Source of the DNA: an uncultured Pelagibacteraceae bacterium
GTDB taxonomy: Bacteria; Pseudomonadota; Alphaproteobacteria; Pelagibacterales; AG-422-B15
Length of the DNA: 64,000 nt
NCBI GenBank assembly: GCA_902584815.1
Contig: CACIBF010000003.1
Span: 4,500-68,499, forward strand
Direction: 5' to 3'
A model generated the notes under the pieces. The model ran no database searches. It was not told the origin of the DNA and saw only the letters and a list, made by a program, of their open reading frames with translations. This document shows, one piece after another, positions 56,490-64,000 of the stretch. Each line of letters begins with the position of its first letter. The stretch's first letter is position 1. Made by a program: the position numbers and the translations under genes.

Positions 56490-57035
56490 TTAAAAATACT
56501 CTTTAAACCAATAATTTATATATACAATAAATGAAGTTAACGTAGTAAATATAACAATATAAGATAAGAAAATAATTATCTCATTGCTCACAAAATTAAA
56601 AATATTAATTTCACTTAAATTTAGTAGAATAATCACAATTAATAACATCTGCATAAACGTATTAATTTTACTTATACTTGTTGGCTTCATGTATATATTT
56701 TTACCAATTAAAGCAGTCAAAATATAAGATCCAGAAATAAAAATATCTCTAAAAATTACACAAAAAATTACATAAGTAGGAAGTAGTAATTTTATTCCAA
56801 TAATTAAATAAATTGAAAATATAAAAAATTTATCAGCGATTACATCAAGGTAAAAACCGATTTTAGTCTCATTATTAAATTTTCGAGCCAAAAAACCATC
56901 TAACATGTCAGAAATTGAAGCTACACTACTTAATATAAACGCAAGAAAAAAATAGTTTTGTATAATTAAATATAGAATAAATGGAACAAGAAGTATCCTC
57001 AGAGTACTAAGAATATTTGGAAAAGCTTTAATCAT
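56490..57035 (-). CDS. CDP-alcohol phosphatidyltransferase family protein
   Basis: 181 aa. DMLDGFLARK......G..LDVIADK (D-x2-DG-x2-AR..G-x3-D-x3-D) and multiple TM segments. Confidence 0.8.
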   Translation of the reverse strand: MIKAFPNILSTLRILLVPFILYLIIQNYFFLAFILSSVASISDMLDGFLARKFNNETKIGFYLDVIADKFFIFSIYLIIGIKLLLPTYVIFCVIFRDIFISGSYILTALIGKNIYMKPTSISKINTFMQMLLIVIILLNLSEINIFNFVSNEIIIFLSYIVIFTTLTSFIVYINYWFKEYF

Positions 57036-58101
57036 TATTAAGCTGTATCACATGAATGGAACCAAGATCTGAGGCGTAAATATTATTTTCATTTAAAATT
57101 AATCTAAGTTTATTTGCATCACCAAAAAACTCTAAAGCGCCTTCAATCTTATTATTTGAAACTTCAGAAATATAAAACGATGGAATAGAGTCTATATTTT
57201 CTAAAATTGTTTTTACCTCTAGCCATTCATTAAAATCTTTTGAATTAAATTGAAATTTGTGTAACTGTAAACTTTTTGAGTAAGCAGTTGAACTTACCCA
57301 ATGATTGTAAATATTATCTTCCAGATTAGTAATTATATCGTCTAAATATTCTGCTTCATTAATTGAAAAATCCTCTATAAAATTATTACTAATAATCTTT
57401 GTAGAATTGTTAATTATAATTTTTGAAATAATATTTAGTTCTATTTTACTTCCTTTTATTTTTGGGTCGCACCATATCAAAATGATATTATCACTATTAA
57501 AATCATCATTATTCATTATAAAATCTAAACTTAAAAAAGAAGATAATGTAAGCGCATTTTTTTCTTCTCGAGATAGTAGTGTGTGACTCATATTTAAGGC
57601 ATAACGCTTACCAACTCTTTGACTCCATTTAGTTCTCCATGCCTTATCAACATTATAAAATTCTTCATGGTTAGAAAATACTGCATAAAGAGGAATTTTA
57701 TTTGATTGAGTTTCTGTAAAAACTAAACTATGTGCTTGAAAAAATTCTCTTATTCTTTTTTTATTAAATCTGATATTCAAAATAGCTTTATAGGACTCGC
57801 TTGTAATGACCTCATCTTTAAATTCCAGTCCTTCAACTAAATAATTTGCATCAACTTCTTTTATAAGACTAAACTTTCTATAATCATCTGTGGTTAATAA
57901 TTTTTTTGCTAACAAATCAATACCTGAATTCTCTGCTTGTTGAATTGCAATATTTCTTACATTAATTGAATTTTTTGTATCAAGAAAAATTTCAATATCA
58001 TCAATTTCAAAAGCACTTTCAGCAGTAACAGAAGTTATAAATAAAAAATTTATAACTAGTAGGATAATATATTTTAAATATTTAATTATTATGATTTTCA
58101 T
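57028..58101 (-). CDS. Exported hypothetical protein (DUF2066-like by position)
   Basis: The track ORF extends to 58140. The Met at 58101 starts the signal peptide MKIIIIKYLKYIILLVINFLFITSVTA and avoids overlap with purM. Its position between purM and the CDP-alcohol transferase/hdaA matches the alphaproteobacterial DUF2066 neighbourhood as I remember it. Confidence 0.45.
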   Translation of the reverse strand: MKIIIIKYLKYIILLVINFLFITSVTAESAFEIDDIEIFLDTKNSINVRNIAIQQAENSGIDLLAKKLLTTDDYRKFSLIKEVDANYLVEGLEFKDEVITSESYKAILNIRFNKKRIREFFQAHSLVFTETQSNKIPLYAVFSNHEEFYNVDKAWRTKWSQRVGKRYALNMSHTLLSREEKNALTLSSFLSLDFIMNNDDFNSDNIILIWCDPKIKGSKIELNIISKIIINNSTKIISNNFIEDFSINEAEYLDDIITNLEDNIYNHWVSSTAYSKSLQLHKFQFNSKDFNEWLEVKTILENIDSIPSFYISEVSNNKIEGALEFFGDANKLRLILNENNIYASDLGSIHVIQLNND

Positions 58102-58118
58102 TATATAACAGAGACTCA

Positions 58119-59159
58119 GTGAAAAATTATTCTTACTCAAAATCAGGTGTCAGTATTAATAAAGGCAACAAATTTGTATCTGAGATTAAAAATATTTTAA
58201 ACAAAAAAAATAAGATTAAAACTCAAAATATTGGCGGTTTTGCTGGATTATACCCAATCAATAAGAACACTAAAAATCCAGTATTAGTTGCCGCAACTGA
58301 TGGAGTTGGCACTAAACTTGAAATAGCCAATAAACTCAAAAAACATGATACAATAGGTATAGATCTAGTTGCAATGTGCGTTAATGACATCATTGTTACC
58401 AAAGCAAGGCCAATATTCTTTTTAGACTATCTAGCTACAGGCAAATTAAACTTAAAAATTGGAAAATCAGTCATCAAAGGAATTGCTATTGGATGTAATC
58501 AAGCTGGATGTGTTCTTTTGGGTGGTGAGACAGCTGAACACCCTGGTGTTTTTCCAAAAAATAAATACGATCTTGCTGGTTTTTCTGTTGGTGTTATCGA
58601 TAAAAAAGATTTAGATAAAAAAATTAAGCTTAAAGATGGCGATCTACTAATTGGAATTGAGTCATCTGGAGCTCATTCTAATGGCTACTCACTTATTCGT
58701 AAAATATTAAAGGATAAAAAAATAAGCCTTAATAGTATTTTGCCTAATTCAAAAAAATCTATAGGAAAGTCACTGATTGAGCCAACCAGAATATATGTAG
58801 ATCCTATTTTAGATTTGTATAATAAAAATATTTTAAAAACATGTGCTCATATTACTGGGGGCGGTATAATAGAAAATCTTCCTAGAGTAATAACAAAGAA
58901 TTTATATGCCCACATTAATTTAATAAACTGGAAACTACCTCCGTTATTTAAATGGATAATGTCTATGGGGGTTCCAGAAAGGGAAATGCTTAAAACTTTT
59001 AACTGCGGTTACGGAATGATTGCAATAATTGACAAAAAAAATGTTACAAAATTTAATATAACATTAAAAAAATACAAATTAAAATCTACTTTAATTGGTG
59101 AGCTTAAAAATAAGAAAAAAAATATAAGTAGAAATATTCTTTTTTCAGGTTCATTGTGA
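58119..59159 (+). CDS. purM: Phosphoribosylformylglycinamidine cyclo-ligase (AIR synthetase)
   Basis: 346 aa with a GTG start. YSKSGVSI, GGFAGL, ATDGVGTK, DLVAMCVNDI, GGETAE, HITGGG. Confidence 0.93.
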   Translation: MKNYSYSKSGVSINKGNKFVSEIKNILNKKNKIKTQNIGGFAGLYPINKNTKNPVLVAATDGVGTKLEIANKLKKHDTIGIDLVAMCVNDIIVTKARPIFFLDYLATGKLNLKIGKSVIKGIAIGCNQAGCVLLGGETAEHPGVFPKNKYDLAGFSVGVIDKKDLDKKIKLKDGDLLIGIESSGAHSNGYSLIRKILKDKKISLNSILPNSKKSIGKSLIEPTRIYVDPILDLYNKNILKTCAHITGGGIIENLPRVITKNLYAHINLINWKLPPLFKWIMSMGVPEREMLKTFNCGYGMIAIIDKKNVTKFNITLKKYKLKSTLIGELKNKKKNISRNILFSGSL

Positions 59160-59725
59160 TTAAAAAAAATTGTGCTGTTTTCATATCTGGAAGAGGTTCA
59201 AATTTAGAAAAACTAATAAAAGAGTCGAAAAATGAAAATTTTCCCATTCAAATTGAATTGATAATTTCTGATAATATAAATGCAAAAGGGTTGGAATTTT
59301 CTGAAATTTATAATATCGACTCCTATTCAATTGATTATTCAAGTTTTAAGAATAAGAGTGAATTTGAACAAAAATTATTAAAAGAATTAAAGAATAAGAA
59401 TATTGAATTAATTTGTCTTGCGGGTTTTATGCGAATTTTATCATCTGATTTTATTAAATCTTTTACTGGCCCAATATTAAATATTCATCCATCTCTATTG
59501 CCTAAGTATAAAGGTCTAAATACTCATCAAAAAGCATTAGATAATAATGATAAAATTGCAGGCTGTACAGTTCATTTTGTAAGTGAAGAACTTGATTCAG
59601 GTGAAATTATTTTGCAAAAAAGTTTAGATATAGATGAAAATGAAACTGCTGAAACATTAATGAACAGAGTTTTAAAACTTGAGCATCAGGCTTATCCAGA
59701 GGCTATTAAACAGATATTCTCCTAG
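59156..59725 (+). CDS. purN: Phosphoribosylglycinamide formyltransferase
   Basis: 189 aa. [47 protein letters not shown] overlap with purM. Confidence 0.92.
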   Translation: MIKKNCAVFISGRGSNLEKLIKESKNENFPIQIELIISDNINAKGLEFSEIYNIDSYSIDYSSFKNKSEFEQKLLKELKNKNIELICLAGFMRILSSDFIKSFTGPILNIHPSLLPKYKGLNTHQKALDNNDKIAGCTVHFVSEELDSGEIILQKSLDIDENETAETLMNRVLKLEHQAYPEAIKQIFS

Positions 59726-60144
59726 GAGAATATTTCTTCATCAGTAAAAAATTGATCAATTTCAATTTTTGCATTCTCTAGACTGTCAGAGCCATGAACT
59801 GAATTTTTCTCCAATGATACAGCAAATTGCTTTCTGATTGTTCCCTCGTCTGCATCTTCTGGATTCGTAGCCCCCATTACCTCTCTATTTTTTAGAACAG
59901 CATTTTCACCTTCTAATACTTGAACTATTATCGGTCCAGAACACATGAAGTCACAAAGACTTTGAAAAAAAGGTCTTTCTGAATGAACAGAGTAAAATTG
60001 AGCAGCTTTTTCAGGAGTCATTCTTGTTCTTCTCGAGGCAATGATCTTCAAACCATTTTTTTCAAGCATTGCACAAATCTTACCAGTCAAATTTCTCTCT
60101 GTTGCGTCAGGCTTTATCATAGAAAATGTTCTTTCAATGGCCAT
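59722..60144 (-). CDS. ndk: Nucleoside-diphosphate kinase
   Basis: 140 aa. [21 protein letters not shown] (active-site His). Confidence 0.95.
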   Translation of the reverse strand: MAIERTFSMIKPDATERNLTGKICAMLEKNGLKIIASRRTRMTPEKAAQFYSVHSERPFFQSLCDFMCSGPIIVQVLEGENAVLKNREVMGATNPEDADEGTIRKQFAVSLEKNSVHGSDSLENAKIEIDQFFTDEEIFS

Positions 60145-60146
60145 AC

Positions 60147-61682
60147 TTACTTTCCTTCATAATATTTATTTACAAATCGATTTAATAACTTAACTCCATA
60201 TGCTGTAGCACCTTTTGGAGAAGTAGGTAAAGCAGTTTTAGTCCAAGTGGTTCCAGCGATATCAAGGTGTGCCCAAGGAACTTTATTTACAAATCTTTGT
60301 AAAAATTGAGCAGCAGTTATTGATCCAGCACCTCTACCATATGAAATATTTTGCATATCGGCTATTGGTGAGTTTATCATTTTATCGAAGTTTTCATGTA
60401 ATGGAAATCTCCATAACTTTTCATCTTCAATTTTACCAGCATCTTCTAATTGCTTACTCAACTTGTCATTATTAGAGAATATTCCTGCATATTCATTACC
60501 AAGCGCAATTACTATTGCGCCAGTTAATGTAGCAAGATCAACCATGAGTTCAGGTTTGTACTGTTCTTGTGTATACCAAAGTGCATCAGCAAGAACTAAT
60601 CTTCCTTCAGCATCAGTATTAAGAACTTCAATAGTTTGACCAGAATAAGATTTTACAACATCACTTGGTCTTGTAGCCATATTTCCTATATGATTTTCTA
60701 CGAGTCCAATAACTCCAATGGCATTTACTTTCGCTTTTCTCAAAGCCAAAGTCTTCATTAAACCGATAACAACACCAGAGCCGCCCATATCATATTTCAT
60801 TTCCTCCATTCCATTTGAAGGCTTAAGTGAAACTCCTCCTGTATCAAAAGAAACACCTTTACCTATGAAGGCAATTGGTTTTTTCTTTTTATTTTTATGT
60901 CCTTTCCATTCCATTATAGCTAACTTAGATTCATGTTCACTTGCACGGCCAACACTAAGAAGTGATCCCATTCCCAATTTTGTCATTTCTTTTTCACCAA
61001 GAATGGTTACCTTAATTCCAATTTTTTCTAACGACTCAGCGTTTTTTGCAATTTCTGGAGGAGTCATTACATTTGGTGGTTCAGTAACTAGGTTTCTTGT
61101 AAGAGTTGTGCCTTCTGAAACAGCTTCAACATTAATATAGTTTTTTTCTAGTCTAGAATAACTGGAAGAATAAATCTTAACTTTTGAGGATTTCTTTATT
61201 TTGTCTTTTTTGTCATTAATCTTTTTGTACTTGTTGAATTTATAGCTGGCTAATAAAGATCCTATTAACATTTCCGAAATACCATTAATGAAGCTAACCT
61301 TTTTCGAAATGACACCGTCAGGATATATGCCAACCTTCTCTTCTCGATAAAATGAAATCAAAGATGCTAAATGACCTCCTAAGACTTGAAAATCACGAAT
61401 AGAAAAATTTGCATAGTCCTTAAGCTTAAATATATATAATTTTGATAACTTTAAGTTGCTTGGATTATGGATGACACAATAATCAAATAGCTTTGAGCTT
61501 CTTTTTTGAAAAGATAGGTCAGATTTGAGCTGATTAGAAATGTGTTTTTTTGATAATTGGTCTAGTTTTTTGGCATATCCTAATAATCTTAATTTGGAAT
61601 CACAAAAAGCAATTCCAATATGCTCTTTTTCAACCGCTATTGATTTAAACTGAAAATCCATTGTATTATATACCTTTGACAA
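60147..61682 (-). CDS. pepA: Leucyl aminopeptidase (M17)
   Basis: 511 aa. [37 protein letters not shown]. Confidence 0.92.
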   Translation of the reverse strand: MSKVYNTMDFQFKSIAVEKEHIGIAFCDSKLRLLGYAKKLDQLSKKHISNQLKSDLSFQKRSSKLFDYCVIHNPSNLKLSKLYIFKLKDYANFSIRDFQVLGGHLASLISFYREEKVGIYPDGVISKKVSFINGISEMLIGSLLASYKFNKYKKINDKKDKIKKSSKVKIYSSSYSRLEKNYINVEAVSEGTTLTRNLVTEPPNVMTPPEIAKNAESLEKIGIKVTILGEKEMTKLGMGSLLSVGRASEHESKLAIMEWKGHKNKKKKPIAFIGKGVSFDTGGVSLKPSNGMEEMKYDMGGSGVVIGLMKTLALRKAKVNAIGVIGLVENHIGNMATRPSDVVKSYSGQTIEVLNTDAEGRLVLADALWYTQEQYKPELMVDLATLTGAIVIALGNEYAGIFSNNDKLSKQLEDAGKIEDEKLWRFPLHENFDKMINSPIADMQNISYGRGAGSITAAQFLQRFVNKVPWAHLDIAGTTWTKTALPTSPKGATAYGVKLLNRFVNKYYEGK

Positions 61683-61709
61683 AATATTGATATAATTGAC
61701 AAATTAGCT

Positions 61710-62810
61710 ATGTCAAGATCAACACTATACGTAATTAAAGAGATTACTTCAAGTTTTCTGTTTATTTCAATAATCGTAACATCTATTGCATGGTTAAGTC
61801 AGGCTCTCAGATATTTAGATTTATTTACATCTGAAAATGTTGCAGCATCAGATTATTTTTTTTATATCATTTTATTAATTCCCAAAATAGCTAATATCAC
61901 CATTCCAATATCTCTATTTATTTCAATTATATACATTTTAAATAGAATGAGAGAAGACAGTGAACTGCTGATTTACTGGTCCGCAGGCAGATCAAATAGA
62001 AATATCTTGTTAAAACCAATACTTATATTCTCATCATTTCTATTCATTCTTCAGCTCGTTCTTACAATTATTGTAATACCGAGTTCTTCACTTGAGTTAA
62101 GAAATAAAATTACTGACATTAGATCAGGAGGTGTTGACTATAATATACTTAAAGAAAAAAAATTCATCAGTCCTGTAAAAAATCTAACAATATTTATTCA
62201 AGACATTAAAAGTGAAAAATTCTCAGGATTACTTATTCAAGATGATAAAAATCAATTAAAGCCAATTACTTATATTGCTGAAAAAGGTGAATTTAAGAAA
62301 ATTGATAATAAAAGTTATTTAGTTCTATTAAATGGATTCATGCAAATTTTAAATAAAGAAAATGGAGAAATTTCAGAAATTCAATTTGAGTTCTATGAAT
62401 TGGACTTAACTCCATATTATGAAAAGGGCATAAAAGATATATACCCAGATGAAATGTCTTCTAAAGATTTAATTATGAAGATAATGAATAATAAAAATGA
62501 CACTGAAGAATTTGCTGTTTTTCAAAATAGATTAATTAATCCTATATATATATTTATATTGGCAATCCTGCCCTTAATTACGTTTAAAATGGTTAGAAAA
62601 CCAGACTCAAAATGGACGTTGCCAATAATATTCATTTCTATGATAGCATTATTTATCAAGTTTTTTGAGATAACTATGTCAAATATGTTAATTACAAAAA
62701 ATGATTTAGTGTACTTTAATTATTTTTTTCCAATTGTATTAATAATGATTATTCTAGTTATTTTATATACTGAAAAAAACGTTTATCATCGATTTAGGTC
62801 TTTCATTTAA
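61710..62810 (+). CDS. lptF: LPS export ABC permease LptF
   Basis: 366 aa, YjgP/YjgQ-type topology (3 TM, periplasmic beta-jellyroll region, 3 TM). Divergent from pepA, as is typical. Confidence 0.8.
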   Translation: MSRSTLYVIKEITSSFLFISIIVTSIAWLSQALRYLDLFTSENVAASDYFFYIILLIPKIANITIPISLFISIIYILNRMREDSELLIYWSAGRSNRNILLKPILIFSSFLFILQLVLTIIVIPSSSLELRNKITDIRSGGVDYNILKEKKFISPVKNLTIFIQDIKSEKFSGLLIQDDKNQLKPITYIAEKGEFKKIDNKSYLVLLNGFMQILNKENGEISEIQFEFYELDLTPYYEKGIKDIYPDEMSSKDLIMKIMNNKNDTEEFAVFQNRLINPIYIFILAILPLITFKMVRKPDSKWTLPIIFISMIALFIKFFEITMSNMLITKNDLVYFNYFFPIVLIMIILVILYTEKNVYHRFRSFI

Positions 62811-63907
62811 TGTTTTCGAAAATAAATTTATATTTATATAAAAATTATCTTATTGGATTCTTTATAATTCTTTTTATCTTCTCTTTACTAACTTTTACTG
62901 GAGATTTGATAGAAAACTTTAGAAAGGGAGCCACAAAAGATGTGCCAACCAGTGTCATTTTTGAATTAAGTCTCTACAATTTTCCATCTTTAATCTATGA
63001 GACAATTCCAATTATTATTTTTTTTTCCTGTATTTTTACAACTGTAAAATTAATTAGGACATCTGAATATACTATTTTTAAATCATCTGGTATGACCAAT
63101 AAATCTCTTTTAATTTCACCATCGATTCTGTTTTTGGTTATTTCTATTTTATTTGTTCTTACGATTAACCCTCTTGTTGCAATTTTTCACTCTAAATACG
63201 ATGAATTAAATTATTCCTATATAAAAAAAACAGATAAGTTTGCATCAATTTCAAAAAATGGAGTATGGCTTAAACAAGATAACGATGAAAAGAAAGTTTC
63301 AAGCATTCTTAACTCTAAAACTATAGAGCAAGAAGGTGAAATATTGAATAATTTCATGATCTTAGAGTATAATCAAAAAGGATCCTTTACAGGAAGATTA
63401 AATGGCAAAAAAGCAAAATTAGAAAATGGCTACTGGATTCTTTATAACGTAACTGAATACCCAAGATATTCTGAATCTACATTTCACGAACAATTAATCT
63501 ATAAAACAACTATAAAATTTCAAGATATTTCAAATAGCTTATTATCACCCGAAAACATTTCAATATATCAATTGAGTGAATTCATTAAACTTATAGAAAA
63601 ATTGGGATATTCAGCAGTTGATCATAAGTTACAATATTATAGTTTGCTTCTGATGCCTATGCTTGTATTAAGTTTAGTATTTTTAGCAAATTCTCTGACG
63701 ATGAAAATTAATCATAATGATAAAATTTATGGTCTTTTGATAGTATCTATATGTACTATATTTATATATTATTTTCTTTCAAATTTATTTAATGCTTTAT
63801 CAATGTCCTCTCAATTAAATCCATTAATCTCAAAAATTGTTGTACCAGTTTTATTGTCATGTTTGTCATTATTTATAATTCTTTTGCCAAATAAATTTAA
63901 TAAATGA
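62810..63907 (+). CDS. lptG: LPS export ABC permease LptG
   Basis: 365 aa. Paralogous YjgP/YjgQ architecture immediately after lptF. Confidence 0.8.
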   Translation: MFSKINLYLYKNYLIGFFIILFIFSLLTFTGDLIENFRKGATKDVPTSVIFELSLYNFPSLIYETIPIIIFFSCIFTTVKLIRTSEYTIFKSSGMTNKSLLISPSILFLVISILFVLTINPLVAIFHSKYDELNYSYIKKTDKFASISKNGVWLKQDNDEKKVSSILNSKTIEQEGEILNNFMILEYNQKGSFTGRLNGKKAKLENGYWILYNVTEYPRYSESTFHEQLIYKTTIKFQDISNSLLSPENISIYQLSEFIKLIEKLGYSAVDHKLQYYSLLLMPMLVLSLVFLANSLTMKINHNDKIYGLLIVSICTIFIYYFLSNLFNALSMSSQLNPLISKIVVPVLLSCLSLFIILLPNKFNK

Positions 63908-64000
63908 TATCGATAACTTTTAAAAAAATTACTATAATTTATTTATTAATAAATTTTATTTTCTTAATAACAATTTTATTTGCAAAAGCAAATAATGAAA
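63904..64000 (+). CDS. lptD: Start of an exported protein, probably LptD (partial, runs off the window)
   Basis: The ATG overlaps the lptG stop (ATGA). 32 codons are open to the window edge: MISITFKKITIIYLLINFIFLITILFAKANNE (signal peptide). The lptD call rests only on the usual lptF-lptG-lptD order in alphaproteobacteria. Confidence 0.3.
   Translation, partial: MISITFKKITIIYLLINFIFLITILFAKANNE

Noticed and set aside
1-64000. CRISPR arrays, IS elements, toxin-antitoxin pairs, restriction-modification or other known defence systems, rRNA genes.
   Set aside because: I saw no regularly spaced direct repeats, no transposase or Cas-like ORFs, no small adjacent toxin/antitoxin-like pairs with recognisable motifs, and no rRNA-like GC-rich stretches. 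Apart from the nrdJ and rne leaders, the remaining intergenic DNA is in short gaps of at most about 170 nt.

Overview
This is a very AT-rich, gene-dense window with almost no intergenic DNA. GC is about 25-30% on most 60-nt lines I hand-counted. I read it as a streamlined marine alphaproteobacterium of Pelagibacterales/HIMB59-like style. The lineage markers are an NDUFA12-like gene followed by a DUF2155-like gene, hdaA, a DUF1192-like gene, an RNase E ending in GWW, pepA divergent from lptFG, and a long NrdJ. All family calls come from motifs read in the translations; no database search was possible.

The window has two parts:
- Accessory part (1 to about 26.4 kb). It holds an edge-truncated secreted Calx-beta/subtilase gene that the ORF track misses. 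It also holds a nine-gene minus-strand operon (AtuA-like, orphan LivF ATPase, acyl-CoA ligase, two paralogous LivK-type binding proteins, thiamine pyrophosphokinase, FAD monooxygenase, crotonase, DinB/TIGR03084-like). The rest is a flavin reductase/membrane desaturase pair, an array of six small cupin/alpha+beta-barrel proteins, and a block of lipid-oxygenase, SDR, serine-hydrolase, cupin, methyltransferase-like and GFA genes. This part ends at tRNA-Lys(UUU).
- Core part (26.4 to 64 kb). Genes in order: cysE-iscR-sufBCDSU-msrB-sufT-erpA, anmK, tyrS, mrcA-prfB (classic +1 frameshift)-AsmA-like, rne-M48-aroQ-accBC, nrdJ, aspS, rnd, hdaA, purMN, ndk, pepA, lptFG and the start of a likely lptD.

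I found no CRISPR array, transposase, integrase, phage gene or recognisable defence system. The most interesting items are the nine-gene operon, the small-protein array, the compositionally chimeric protease gene, the repeated motif in the nrdJ leader, and pervasive overlap of convergent stops and divergent starts.
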